Source: Patescibacteria group bacterium
GTDB lineage: Bacteria > Patescibacteriota > Minisyncoccia > Phycocordibacterales > PALSA-1337
Length of the DNA: 64,000 nucleotides
Direction: 5' to 3'
Assembly: GCA_024654575.1 (NCBI GenBank)
Contig: JANLHG010000014.1
Coordinates: 24,745-88,744 of the forward strand
In this document: positions 47,822 through 57,729 of the stretch, piece by piece
Numbering within the stretch: the stretch's first letter is position 1
Layout of the letters: every line of letters starts with the position of its first letter
Notes under the pieces: model-generated
What the model was told of the DNA's origin: nothing
The model's database searches: none
The model's input: the letters and a program-made list of their open reading frames with translations, nothing else
Translations under genes and position numbers: made by a program

Positions 47822-48268
47822 CTACTTATTGTCTAGTTTAATTCGCTTTTTCCAATCATCAAGTTCAAGATATAAAACTTTTCCTGGATACTTTGCTAGT
47901 AAATTTCTGAGTTTTGTGGAAAATCGTGACGTTGCATATCGTGGACCAACTTTGTTTTTCTTCGCGCTTGATACAAGATATACCTTTGTCCCGTTTTGCA
48001 CCACTCGTTCAATAAGTAATTCAAAATCTCCTTCGCAATTACACTTCCAAGAATTTCCCATATTTACTTTTGGGTAATTTCCGTGTTGCATTTTGGACAA
48101 TTGGTGCTTAAAATCCTGTCTTCGTTTTTGTATGTGAAAAATTATTTTATCATTTTTGATCTTTTTAATCCATCTGCCCGCCTCCACTAAAACAGAAATC
48201 CAAAAGTCCGCGCGGATTCCTCCCCAGACCCCTGCCTCCGCAACGCCCACTCCTTGGTTGGTTCTCAA
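47822..48268 (-). CDS. Hypothetical protein (GC-rich 5' portion; true start uncertain)
   Basis: 148-aa ORF. The N-terminal 35 codons lie in a locally GC-rich stretch (48160..48268) beside tRNA-Val, and the C-terminal two thirds are AT-rich and lysine-rich. Confidence 0.3.
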   Translation of the reverse strand: MRTNQGVGVAEAGVWGGIRADFWISVLVEAGRWIKKIKNDKIIFHIQKRRQDFKHQLSKMQHGNYPKVNMGNSWKCNCEGDFELLIERVVQNGTKVYLVSSAKKNKVGPRYATSRFSTKLRNLLAKYPGKVLYLELDDWKKRIKLDNK

Positions 48269-48284
48269 CCGCTAAGTTCCATTT

Positions 48285-48360
48285 TGGTGCGGGATGCAGG
48301 ACTCGAACCTGCGACCTTCTCAGTGTAAATGAGTTGCTCTACCAACTGAGCTAATCCCGC
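48285..48360 (-). tRNA. tRNA-Val (anticodon TAC), CCA encoded
   Basis: The reverse complement gives GCGGGAT...anticodon loop TTTACAC...T-arm GCAGG-TTCGAGT-CCTGC...ATCCCGC-A-CCA. Confidence 0.85.
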
Positions 48361-48438
48361 ATTATTTTTGTTTTTAAAAACATACTCACAATAAACTATT
48401 TTTACTTATTTTTCAACTCTGATACAATATAATCTTAT

Positions 48439-49122
48439 ATGGAACAAAAAATCCCTCAATGCATAGGTATCATTATGGACGGTAATAGGAGATGGGCAAA
48501 AGAGAAAGGACTGCCCACATTTGCAGGACATAAAGCTGGTTATGATAAACTCAAAGAAACTGTAAGATGGGCTAAAGGTGTTGGTATAAAACATATTATC
48601 GCCTATGCTTTTTCTACTGAAAACTGGAAACGTCCTAAAGAAGAAGTGGGTTATCTTATGGACTTACTTCGTTTTTTTGTCAAAAATGAGATTGAAGAAT
48701 TAAAAAAAGAGAATGTTCATGTGAGATTCATAGGAGAATTAGAAAGATTACCAGAAGATATAAGAAAAGGAATTATAGAAATTGAGGAAAAAACAAAAAA
48801 TGGCACTTTGACCCTAGCTGTGGCTGTATCTTATGGAGCAAGAAACGAAATCGTGAATGCTTTAAAAAGAATAGTGCGAGAAAATAAGGTTGATGAAATT
48901 ACGGAAGAAAATTTTGATGATTTTCTTTGGACTAGTAGTATACCAAATCCTGATTTAGTAATAAGAACAAGTGGGGAACAGCGTTTATCAAACTTTTTGT
49001 TGTGGCAAGTAGCATATAGTGAACTATTTTTTACAAAAACTTATTGGCCAAATTTTAGTCAGGAAGAATTTTTAAAAATAATTGAACAATTTTCAAATAG
49101 AGAGCGAAGAAACGGAAAATAG
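48439..49122 (+). CDS. uppS: Undecaprenyl-diphosphate synthase (cis-prenyltransferase)
   Basis: IMDGNRRWA and FSTENWKRP signatures. Confidence 0.9.
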   Translation: MEQKIPQCIGIIMDGNRRWAKEKGLPTFAGHKAGYDKLKETVRWAKGVGIKHIIAYAFSTENWKRPKEEVGYLMDLLRFFVKNEIEELKKENVHVRFIGELERLPEDIRKGIIEIEEKTKNGTLTLAVAVSYGARNEIVNALKRIVRENKVDEITEENFDDFLWTSSIPNPDLVIRTSGEQRLSNFLLWQVAYSELFFTKTYWPNFSQEEFLKIIEQFSNRERRNGK

Positions 49123-49123
49123 T

Positions 49124-49843
49124 ATGCAAATTCCTATTTTATATGAAGATAATGATTACGTGGCAATAAATAAGCCATCGGGACTTGTCGTGCATGCTGA
49201 CGGGCGATCAGATAATTACACACTTACTGATTGGATTTTGGAAAAATATCCAGAGATAAAAGATGTTGGCGAACCCATCGTCACTACCGACGGGAAAATT
49301 ATTAATCGCCCAGGTATTGTACACAGAATTGATAGAGAAACATCGGGTGTCCTTATAATCGCAAAAAATAAGAAAGCTCATCAATATTTAAAGGAACAAT
49401 TTCAAAATAGAGAAGTGCAAAAAAAATATAATGCTTTTGTTTATGGAGAGCTTAAAGATGAGGATGGAATAATAAGTCGTCCGATTGGTCGTAGTAAAAA
49501 TGATTTTAGACTTTGGTCTGCACAACGAGGTGCTAGGGGATTAATGAGGGAAGCAGAGACCTATTATACGGTACTTAATAAAGGTGATGGATTTTCTTAT
49601 ATAGAAGTGCTACCTAAAACAGGCAGAACACACCAAATCAGAGTTCACTTCAAAGCAATTCACTATCCGGTTGTTTGTGACCGCCTGTATGCTCCAAAAA
49701 GGCCTTGTGGGCTAGGTTTTAGTCGTTTAGCGTTACATGCTTCAAAAATATCTTTTACCAACATAGAGGGTAAAAAAATCGTAATAGAAGCTCCTCTCCC
49801 TGAAGATTTCTCTAACGCTATTGCGAATATGAAATCATTATGA
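49124..49843 (+). CDS. RluA-family pseudouridine synthase
   Basis: [16 protein letters not shown] catalytic motif. Start set to the ATG at 49124, directly after the uppS stop. Confidence 0.8.
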   Translation: MQIPILYEDNDYVAINKPSGLVVHADGRSDNYTLTDWILEKYPEIKDVGEPIVTTDGKIINRPGIVHRIDRETSGVLIIAKNKKAHQYLKEQFQNREVQKKYNAFVYGELKDEDGIISRPIGRSKNDFRLWSAQRGARGLMREAETYYTVLNKGDGFSYIEVLPKTGRTHQIRVHFKAIHYPVVCDRLYAPKRPCGLGFSRLALHASKISFTNIEGKKIVIEAPLPEDFSNAIANMKSL

Positions 49844-49859
49844 TAGATTAGTTTTACTT

Positions 49860-50288
49860 ATGGAAACACGAAAAGTCATTTCACCTGTTAACATAGAAGA
49901 GCGAAAAAAAATAGAACTCAGCTCTGGAGATACAGTTCGGGTGTGGCAAAAAATCAAAGAAGGTGAAAAAACTAGACTTCAAGCTTTTGAAGGGTTAGTT
50001 CTTGCAAGAAAACATGGTTCTGAGTCAGGTGCTACTTTTATTGTTCGAAGAGTGATAGATGGTGTTGGGGTGGAAAGAATTTTTCCATTATATTCTCCTA
50101 TGATAGATAAGATTGAGATATTGAGACGGTCAAAAGTGCGTCGTTCAAAACTATATTATATTAGAGAAAAAGCTACAAAAGAGATTCGTCACAATATGCG
50201 AAAATTACTTAAACGTAGCTCAGATGAAAAAACAGATACGAAACATGCAGTTGTGGAAACTGAAAAAGTTGAAGAAACAGTGATATAA
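49860..50288 (+). CDS. rplS: 50S ribosomal protein L19 (with a C-terminal extension)
   Basis: [25 protein letters not shown] matches the L19 core. Confidence 0.88.
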   Translation: METRKVISPVNIEERKKIELSSGDTVRVWQKIKEGEKTRLQAFEGLVLARKHGSESGATFIVRRVIDGVGVERIFPLYSPMIDKIEILRRSKVRRSKLYYIREKATKEIRHNMRKLLKRSSDEKTDTKHAVVETEKVEETVI

Positions 50289-50315
50289 TAACTATTATTA
50301 GTAATAATAGTTATT

Positions 50316-51110
50316 ATGATAAATATCTCTCTACAGCAAATTATTAATCTCAAAGGTAAAACAGCGATCGTTACTGGTGGAGCTATGGGTATCGGGTTTG
50401 GTATCGCTACTCGTTTAGCAGAAGCTGGAGCAAATGTTGTTATAGCTGATTTAAATGAGGAAGCAGGCAATAAAGCGATAAAAGAATTAAATGACAAAGG
50501 TTTTATATCAGCTTTTGTCAAAACAGATGTTTCTGATGAACAAAGCGTAAAAACAGCCACTGATTTTGCGATAAAAACATATGAAGGTGTTGATATTCTT
50601 GTTAACAATGCTGGTATTTATCCTGTCATTCCTGTCATGCAAATGAAACTCTCTGATTTTGAAAGAATTATTGCTATTAATTTGAAAAGTGTTTTTTTGT
50701 TTACAAAAGCAATTTCTGAAGTAATGATAAAACAAAAAAGAGGAGGTAAAATTATCAATATCACTTCAATTGATGCTCTTCATCCTTCGGGTGTGGGACT
50801 TGCAGTGTATGATGCTTCCAAACATGGTTTATGGGGATTTACCAAAAACACAGCATTAGAACTTGCTCCACATAACATTCAAGTGAATGCACTTGCTCCC
50901 GGGAGTATAAATACCCCAGGTTCTGGTAGTGGTATGCCAGTGACACCAGAAATTGAAGCAATCAAAAAGAGGTTTATTGAAAGAATTCCGATGAAACGTA
51001 ACGGTGAGCCAGATGATATCGGAAAAGTGGCTTTATTTCTAGCTTCAGACCTTTCTAGTTATATGACTGGTTCACAGGTTGTTGTGGATGGAGGAGTTTT
51101 GCTTTCGTAA
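50316..51110 (+). CDS. SDR-family oxidoreductase (FabG-like)
   Basis: TGGAMGIG Rossmann motif, NNAG and YxxxK. Confidence 0.8.
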   Translation: MINISLQQIINLKGKTAIVTGGAMGIGFGIATRLAEAGANVVIADLNEEAGNKAIKELNDKGFISAFVKTDVSDEQSVKTATDFAIKTYEGVDILVNNAGIYPVIPVMQMKLSDFERIIAINLKSVFLFTKAISEVMIKQKRGGKIINITSIDALHPSGVGLAVYDASKHGLWGFTKNTALELAPHNIQVNALAPGSINTPGSGSGMPVTPEIEAIKKRFIERIPMKRNGEPDDIGKVALFLASDLSSYMTGSQVVVDGGVLLS

Positions 51111-51186
51111 TCGTGAAAATGATGTTTTTTAAGTAGTTTTTCACGATTATGTTGACAAAATCGTGAAAATAACTATACTTACTTAT
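51111..51186 (+). promoter_or_regulatory. Fic promoter with operator-like TCGTGAAAA repeats
   Basis: A 9-bp inverted repeat TCGTGAAAA (51111-51119) / TTTTCACGA (51138-51146) plus a third direct copy at 51161-51169. That copy lies between the TTGACA -35 (51152-51157) and the TATACT -10 (51174-51179). The -10 ends 7 nt before the ATG at 51187. Confidence 0.5.
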
Positions 51187-52071
51187 ATGGCAAAGATATC
51201 AGCGGTATTTAATAAAATAAGTTTACTTAGGGAAAGATATTATAAAGCATTAATAGGAAAAGATGCACTTATTAAACTTATCTCCGAAACCGAAGCCGTT
51301 GATCAAGTATATAACTCAAATGCTATAGAAAACAGTACACTTACTCTCGAGGAGACAGAAAAAATACTTCTTCAGATTGATTTGGATAGATTTATCACTG
51401 AGCGAGAAATTTTTGAAGCAAAAAATCTTGCACGAGTAGTATCGTATATAGATAAAAGAGCTAAAGAACAAGAATTAACTCTTGATGTAATTTTGTCACT
51501 TCATAAAATGTTGATTTCAAACATTCGAGATGATGTTGCTGGAAGATTTAGAAAAGATAACGAATATGTTCGTGTTGGAAATCATATTGCTTCTAATCCG
51601 AAGGAGATAATAAGTCGTCTCGAAAAAATGTTGACGGAATACAATTTTACAATTAATGAAAATATCATCAAGCGTATATCAAAATTACATCTTGTTTTTG
51701 AGTATATCCACCCGTTTATTGATGGAAATGGTCGAATTGGGCGAGTCATTAACAATTATTTATTGATACGAGAAGGGTTCGTTCCAATAAATATAAAATT
51801 TATTGATAGAAAAATGTATTACGAAGCTTTTAAAGAGTTTGATGAAAAAGATAGCACTACTATTATGGAAGGAATCGTTGGGAAAGCACTTACGAATAGT
51901 TATCATAAGAGATTGGCGTATTTAGAAGATAAAACAATAATTACACTAATTGATTATGCAAAGAATAATAATTTTTCTCATTCTAACCTTATCAATAAAG
52001 CTAATAGACAAACCATAGAAGCCTTTTTAGAGAAAGGTGTTTGGAAAATAGGTGTTATGGATAAAAAATAA
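51187..52071 (+). CDS. Fic-family protein (AMPylase-type; class-II-like inhibitory motif present)
   Basis: Canonical HPFIDGNGRIGR Fic motif and an upstream SNAIEN ((S/T)xxxE(G/N)) motif. Start moved from the GTG at 51163 to the ATG at 51187, because the predicted -10 sits inside the GTG-extended ORF. Confidence 0.75.
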   Translation: MAKISAVFNKISLLRERYYKALIGKDALIKLISETEAVDQVYNSNAIENSTLTLEETEKILLQIDLDRFITEREIFEAKNLARVVSYIDKRAKEQELTLDVILSLHKMLISNIRDDVAGRFRKDNEYVRVGNHIASNPKEIISRLEKMLTEYNFTINENIIKRISKLHLVFEYIHPFIDGNGRIGRVINNYLLIREGFVPINIKFIDRKMYYEAFKEFDEKDSTTIMEGIVGKALTNSYHKRLAYLEDKTIITLIDYAKNNNFSHSNLINKANRQTIEAFLEKGVWKIGVMDKK

Positions 52072-52082
52072 TCATTTTATTT

Positions 52083-52598
52083 ATGCTTTATACAAGAAAA
52101 GGGGATACAGGTACAACCCGCCTCGTCGGCGGGCAGGCAAGGATTTCTAAATCATCAGCGACTACTGAGGCACTTGGTTCTCTTGATGAAATTAATTCAT
52201 TTCTAGGTATTTTAAAAGTGAAATCAGATATACCTGTTAGTAAAATAATTCACAATGTTCAACAAAAACTTTTTATAATACAGGCCGAAGTTGCTGGTGC
52301 TAAAAAAACTATAGAAAAAAAACATCTAAAAGAGATTGAAAAAATCATAGATTCAGCAGAAAAAGAATTACCACCAATTAAAACTTTCTTTATTTCTGGT
52401 GGGACGGAATTGGCAGCGACTTTTGATGTGGCAAGGACGATTGCTCGTAGGGCGGAACGAAGAGTGATCGGCTCGGAAGCGAAAGTTGGTATTCATACAT
52501 TAGCTTATCTTAATCGTCTTTCAAGTTTACTCTATGCGTTGGCTAGATTAACTAACCATAAATATGGTATAACTGAAGAGTCCCCCGCGTATAAATAA
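52083..52598 (+). CDS. PduO-type ATP:cob(I)alamin adenosyltransferase-family protein
   Basis: YTRKGDTGTTRL...LGSLDEINS N-terminal signature. Confidence 0.7.
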   Translation: MLYTRKGDTGTTRLVGGQARISKSSATTEALGSLDEINSFLGILKVKSDIPVSKIIHNVQQKLFIIQAEVAGAKKTIEKKHLKEIEKIIDSAEKELPPIKTFFISGGTELAATFDVARTIARRAERRVIGSEAKVGIHTLAYLNRLSSLLYALARLTNHKYGITEESPAYK

Positions 52599-52599
52599 T

Positions 52600-52675
52600 G
52601 GTGGCTATAGTGTAATGGTTAGCACTAGAGTTTGTGGAACTCTCAGTTCGGGTTCAAATCCCGATAGTCACCCCA
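52600..52675 (+). tRNA. tRNA-His (anticodon GTG) with encoded G-1 and CCA
   Basis: Extra 5' G pairing with discriminator C, anticodon stem AGAGT/ACTCT with loop TTGTGGA, T-arm TCGGG-TTCAAAT-CCCGA, 3' CCA in the genome. Confidence 0.85.
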
Positions 52676-54262
52676 TTCAAGAATAAGTTGAGCGAAAGCC
52701 ATATTTCGTGCCTCAACAGTAAGGTTTTTGTCCAGTTCCAGCCGTTTATACTTTTTTTCTAACTCAGGATACGCTTTTTCTATTGGAACAAACCATTCGT
52801 TTGGTGTTATATGGATTTTTTTGTCTTTCACTAAAAAGTTCTGACCAAGTGCTGAAAATATTTCTCTTTTTTTATTAAGATCTCCAAGAAGAAACTCTTT
52901 GCGTGCATAACAAGAGAAATTAAATGTTTTTTCAGTAAGTTCCAGCCATTTTTCTGCCCTACTCTCTGTTTCTCTTAAGTTTGTTTTGAGTTTCACTATT
53001 TTTGTTGTGAGCTCATCTCTCTCTTTTATGAATGTTTCATCATCAATAAGTTCTCGATATCTCATTTTGGTGAGTGTATCTAGCTCTTTTTGAGTATTTA
53101 CAAGTGTTCTATGTTGGTTTTCATATATCTTAGTCCGTTCCTCAATTTCTTTATCGTTGTTTCGGTTGAGTATTTCAAGAGCCCACTCTTGAAACTTTGG
53201 CATGATAGTATATCGTTCAAGTTCAATATCAATCTGATCTTCAAGTTCTTTTAGTGTCATTGGATTTTTCTGATCGCATTTCACCTCTTTTTTCTTTCTG
53301 GTGCAGTTGTAATATACATAAGTTTTTAGTTTTCCAGTACTTTTTATTATTTTTGTTTTTTCGCTCGCTGTATACATTGAATTACATATTTTGCATCGCA
53401 TAAGTCCTGTATAAGCAAAATTATGTGTCTGTGCTCGTGGTTTACCGTTTCTACCGAGAATGATTTGCACTCGATCATATTCTTCAAGAGTGATCATTGA
53501 TTTATGGTTGCCTTTATAAACTCTTCCAGCCCACATAAACATTCCTGTATAGAAGATATTAGTGAATAATTTATAAATAACACTACTTGCAATTTCAACA
53601 CCTCCATCTCGTTTTGTTTTTGGTGTGCGAAAGCCCCACTCTTTATTTGCGATTTCTCGTATTTGTGGAGGTGTGTAATTTCCAGTAAGCATTATGTTCC
53701 ACATTTTTCGGACCAGATGAAATCGTTCTTTGTCTTCAATGATTGTATGTTCGAGTTTATCATTCAAATATCCTAAAGGAGCACGAGAGGGAAGCCATCC
53801 TCGATCTGCTTTTCCTTCCATACCTCGTTTACTGTTTTTTCGTAGGTCTATAATGAACTGATTTGCCATTCCGCTTTCGACATTAAATAAAAGAACATTG
53901 TCATCAGGTAGATACTGACGATCTATGCTTTGTATACATTTCAAAGCACCCTGTTGAAGCATCCAGCTTAATGTTCCACTATCAATAGGGTTTCGTGATA
54001 GACGATTGATTTGCCAGCATAGAATACCTTGAGCCTCTCCTTTTTCAATTCGTTCAAGCATATTGGTGAAGACGGGGCGACAATATGGTTTCTTTGCAGT
54101 TTTTGCTTCAGTAAGTATTTCTTTAATTGAAATGTTTAGATTGTTTGCTAGATCTTTGAGGCGACTTATTTGGTCCTCAATTGATTGGACCTGTCTATCC
54201 TCACTCTCTGATGATTTGCGAGCGTAGAGAAAATATGTAATTTTGTTAGTTTCGTTTTTCAT
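52643..54262 (-). CDS. Large serine recombinase (integrase)
   Basis: N-terminal resolvase catalytic domain (YARKSSESEDRQVQSIEDQ with the Ser nucleophile, and RLSR), a recombinase domain, and a Cys-rich zinc ribbon (CKICNS...CTRKKK..C). Start set to the ATG at 54262. Its last 11 codons overlap the 3' half of tRNA-His. Confidence 0.8.
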   Translation of the reverse strand: MKNETNKITYFLYARKSSESEDRQVQSIEDQISRLKDLANNLNISIKEILTEAKTAKKPYCRPVFTNMLERIEKGEAQGILCWQINRLSRNPIDSGTLSWMLQQGALKCIQSIDRQYLPDDNVLLFNVESGMANQFIIDLRKNSKRGMEGKADRGWLPSRAPLGYLNDKLEHTIIEDKERFHLVRKMWNIMLTGNYTPPQIREIANKEWGFRTPKTKRDGGVEIASSVIYKLFTNIFYTGMFMWAGRVYKGNHKSMITLEEYDRVQIILGRNGKPRAQTHNFAYTGLMRCKICNSMYTASEKTKIIKSTGKLKTYVYYNCTRKKKEVKCDQKNPMTLKELEDQIDIELERYTIMPKFQEWALEILNRNNDKEIEERTKIYENQHRTLVNTQKELDTLTKMRYRELIDDETFIKERDELTTKIVKLKTNLRETESRAEKWLELTEKTFNFSCYARKEFLLGDLNKKREIFSALGQNFLVKDKKIHITPNEWFVPIEKAYPELEKKYKRLELDKNLTVEARNMAFAQLILEWGDYRDLNPN

Positions 54263-54406
54263 ATAAAAACCCCAAAGGGACGGTCTGGTACCCCAACTCA
54301 CTTGCTCCGAAGAGTAGCCTCATTGGCAAACCGCCCCTTTAGGGCAACGAGGCAATAAAAAGCTCCTCGGATTAATGCTGTGAAATTAGGGTACTTATAT
54401 ATCATA

Positions 54407-55030
54407 TCATTTTTTCTTAATATTATCTAATCGGTTTTCCCAATTTATCAACATCATTCCATAATTCTGTTCAAATTTTTCATTCAACCTCATTAGTCGC
54501 TTGTATTTTCTTGTGGGCTTACCTTTGTAGTAATATCGCTTGATTTCCTTTTCTGCTTTTTCTAAGTCTAGAATTGATATTCCATTCCATCTATATTTTC
54601 CTCCCACCATTTGCTTAGAATAAGCTATGTTTCCACAGTGTCGGCAACCGAACCATTTACCGATGCTGAAAATCACACCCACTCGTCGTCCACAATATAT
54701 TTCATTTTTATAAAGAGGACAGATAAACCAGTATCTTTTCCCCCCATATCGGCATGGAGTAGTAGTAAGTTCAATTTTATAATCTATATCATCTTTTCCC
54801 CCAGAATATTTGTTTGTGTTTGTATATCTCAAATTTATATAAGCTCTTTCTTCGGAGGTGTCACAGCCATCTTTAATTACAGAGAAACTTATACTGTTTT
54901 TATTTTTGCTGTATCCATAGGTCCAAGTGATACCACCACACTTATAACTGCAATCTTTATCCAGATAACCATATTTTTTGAGCCAGAAGATACTTAAGCT
55001 GTTAGATTGTTCTGCGATTGGTTTAGACAT
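54407..55030 (-). CDS. Hypothetical Cys-rich (zinc-ribbon-like) protein
   Basis: CSYKCGG ... CRYGGKRYWFICP ... CGRRVG...CRHCGN cysteine pairs. No family recognised. Confidence 0.35.
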   Translation of the reverse strand: MSKPIAEQSNSLSIFWLKKYGYLDKDCSYKCGGITWTYGYSKNKNSISFSVIKDGCDTSEERAYINLRYTNTNKYSGGKDDIDYKIELTTTPCRYGGKRYWFICPLYKNEIYCGRRVGVIFSIGKWFGCRHCGNIAYSKQMVGGKYRWNGISILDLEKAEKEIKRYYYKGKPTRKYKRLMRLNEKFEQNYGMMLINWENRLDNIKKK

Positions 55031-55318
55031 TTTATTTTTGCAAACTAGCCGAAATCATTAGAGATTAATAGCTATTTTTTGGTATTTTATCATCATTTTA
55101 TGTTGAAAATAAAGGGTTTTTTTACTTATTCAATTATTTCATGTTTTTTCTGTTATTTTACGAAACAAATCCGTTTTTATTCTTTTGAAATATCTACATC
55201 TACGACTGCCAAGTTTGGCGTTCTCACGATTTGTCTCAATTTGTTTTTGTGATGTCTCAGTCATAGCATTTATACTGTTATTCATACTGTTTAGCAGTAT
55301 GAGATAGTTTTTATAATG

Positions 55319-57502
55319 TTAAAAATCTATTTCCTCCATAGTAATTTCATTGCTTTCTTGATCAGTGTTTTTTACCTCACCCTCTATTTCACTATTCTTT
55401 GCTTCACCAGAAAGTTGATACAGGGAGGAGGGGAAAATCATCATCTTGCGTTTATCGTTCGGGTCTTGTTCCTGTACGATAAGCCCAGCCGTTTCAAGCA
55501 TCGGGAGTATCTGCTGGCGAAGTTGATGACCATCCAACATCCTTCCATAAACTGCAAAGTGTTTTTCAAGAACCTCTTGGCGTGAAAGACCGAGCTTGCC
55601 TGTAAGTTCTTCAAATGTTTCATTTCTGCTGTTATTTTTTGCTTCCCACGCTGGCAAAATAACTTCTTTGTAGAGATTATAGATGTAGGGTGGTAGGTTT
55701 AATTCTTGGCTCACAGATATTTTATCCCAGAGCTTGAAGGCATCGTTTACATCATTTTTGTTCGCCGTAATCGTGGATCCGTCTCGTTCACGCCACCAGA
55801 CATTGAGCATAGCGAACGACTTGATAAGTGATAACAAGCGTTTGATATCTCGCTGATGTCGTGGTTTGAGTGTTTTATTTTTGTTTAAAAACCTCTCGCT
55901 AATTTTTTCTGGCGATACGATGTTTATTTCCTTAATGTTCTCTAGTTTGATAGCACGAATACGCTCTTTGAGTAATGCTCGGTCTGGGTTTTCTTCAAGC
56001 CAACTTACAAAACTCTCGCTGTCCGCCTCTTTGCGTATTATTGCACTAATACCTTGTTGTATTTTATCTTGACTAACCTCTGGAGAAAGAAGCAGAAATC
56101 TTGTTGCTTCCTGTTCATCTATACGAAGCCCAGCTGTGCAGAAAATAACTGACGGATATCCACGCAGAAGAATGTTTTTTGTTTTAGTTCCATTTTTCTG
56201 TGTTTTGTCTGTAATTTTAATTGCAATCTCTTTTTTGTCGTGAGAGAGAAGGGGTCGTAGTCGTGCCAGAAGTTCATTATGTGGCTGGTCCAGAAAAATA
56301 AGTATCTTGTGTGAAAGGTCAACTAAGTAGCTGTTTTTATCTTTGTCATATTGTCCAACATCGTGGAAGAACGCCGTAGGGGAGCAGTAAGCAATCTCCA
56401 TCACATCGTCTTGTGGAAACAAGCGTGCAATTTCTGTGGGGATATAACTTTTACCAGTAGATGATGGTGCATTGTAGCTGATATTGAATTGTGAGCTTTC
56501 GGTATAGGCAGAAAGCTCGCACAGGAATGTCGCCAGCTTATTCTCGGCATCGTATTTGATGGTAAGTCCGAGCGTATCAAGGAGCTGTGTTGAACTCATG
56601 GGAGCGAATTGTGTGATATCAATTTTCTCTGGATACGGCTTTGCGTATTTGCCGAACAAATCGTCTACAGATCCGTTGAGTTTTATAAAATAATCCGTGA
56701 TGTCTCCAGCTTCACCAACCTCTTCTGGCAGAGTAATGATGTGTATCTCACACCCAATACTTTCCAATATTTTTGCTACTCGTTCAGACCCTTTTCTTCC
56801 AGCATCATCTTTATCAAAACAGATATATATTTTATTATCTTTTCTTATCTTTTCTACCCACTCGTCTTTGAATGTCATAGCTCCGTGAGTAGAGGTTATT
56901 GTAGGTACATTTTTGGAAAGAAGAAGTAATCTGTCTAGTTCACCTTCGCAGATTACAAGTGAAATGCTAGGTTTTGTTAGGTTATCCCAGTCATAGAGCT
57001 GTGCCTCGGCTCCTTTAGGATATGTTATTTTATCGTTACCAAAAACAGGATCCATTCTTAATTTGAAAAACGAATAATTGCCGTATATATCCTTGATTGG
57101 GATAGTAATCCACGACTTGCGATAAAATTGTCCATAGCCAAGCTTATAGGCGTCTATGACGGCATCAGTGAGCCCTCGCTTGCGTAGATACTCTCGTATA
57201 TGTGGTGGTAATTCTTGATGACATTTTTCCACTAATTCTGTATTAAAAGTGTTTATCTTGCGTGATTTTGGTTCTGTATCGCCGAAGTATTTTGCTAATG
57301 TGATGAGATTACCTTTTTCACCACATTTTTTACAATCATATTGTCCCGTATCGATACTAAAATATAAATGTGCTTCGTTGCCTTTGCTGTCCCTATCGCA
57401 ATCATTGAAAAAGCATTTGACGATAAGTTCTTTGCCACTCTCACGAAAGGGGATACCTTTCCCGATTAGATATTCTTTAATTGTAATATTTGTTAGGTTC
57501 AT
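55319..57502 (-). CDS. Phage/plasmid P4-like primase-helicase (CHC2 zinc-binding + TOPRIM primase + P-loop NTPase)
   Basis: CHC2-like CFFNDCDRDSKGNEAHLYFSIDTGQYDCKKCGE, TOPRIM (LVICEGELD ... DKDDAGRKG), and Walker A APSSTGKS in the C-terminal half. Confidence 0.65.
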   Translation of the reverse strand: MNLTNITIKEYLIGKGIPFRESGKELIVKCFFNDCDRDSKGNEAHLYFSIDTGQYDCKKCGEKGNLITLAKYFGDTEPKSRKINTFNTELVEKCHQELPPHIREYLRKRGLTDAVIDAYKLGYGQFYRKSWITIPIKDIYGNYSFFKLRMDPVFGNDKITYPKGAEAQLYDWDNLTKPSISLVICEGELDRLLLLSKNVPTITSTHGAMTFKDEWVEKIRKDNKIYICFDKDDAGRKGSERVAKILESIGCEIHIITLPEEVGEAGDITDYFIKLNGSVDDLFGKYAKPYPEKIDITQFAPMSSTQLLDTLGLTIKYDAENKLATFLCELSAYTESSQFNISYNAPSSTGKSYIPTEIARLFPQDDVMEIAYCSPTAFFHDVGQYDKDKNSYLVDLSHKILIFLDQPHNELLARLRPLLSHDKKEIAIKITDKTQKNGTKTKNILLRGYPSVIFCTAGLRIDEQEATRFLLLSPEVSQDKIQQGISAIIRKEADSESFVSWLEENPDRALLKERIRAIKLENIKEINIVSPEKISERFLNKNKTLKPRHQRDIKRLLSLIKSFAMLNVWWRERDGSTITANKNDVNDAFKLWDKISVSQELNLPPYIYNLYKEVILPAWEAKNNSRNETFEELTGKLGLSRQEVLEKHFAVYGRMLDGHQLRQQILPMLETAGLIVQEQDPNDKRKMMIFPSSLYQLSGEAKNSEIEGEVKNTDQESNEITMEEIDF

Positions 57503-57729
57503 ATATTTGTAATTCTTTTTTGTAATAATGATAATGTTTCTTGTCTATGTTTTTGAATTAACTCATACTCTTTCTCAGTCATGGGCTTATAGACGACAGA
57601 CATCAACTGCAAGAGTTTAACGCCTTTCTCATAGGCATCCTCTCGGCTGATTTTCATTCCGAACTCGCTTTTATAGAGAGCTTGAAACTTCAAAATGTCT
57701 TCGTCTAAAATGATCATGGCTATTTTCAA
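57499..57729 (-). CDS. Hypothetical small protein
   Basis: 76-aa helical protein whose start overlaps the primase stop by 4 nt. Confidence 0.3.
   Translation of the reverse strand: MKIAMIILDEDILKFQALYKSEFGMKISREDAYEKGVKLLQLMSVVYKPMTEKEYELIQKHRQETLSLLQKRITNI

Noticed and set aside
50189-50608. 139-aa minus-strand ORF spanning the rplS/SDR junction
   Set aside because: Overlaps two well-supported plus-strand genes. Low-complexity translation.
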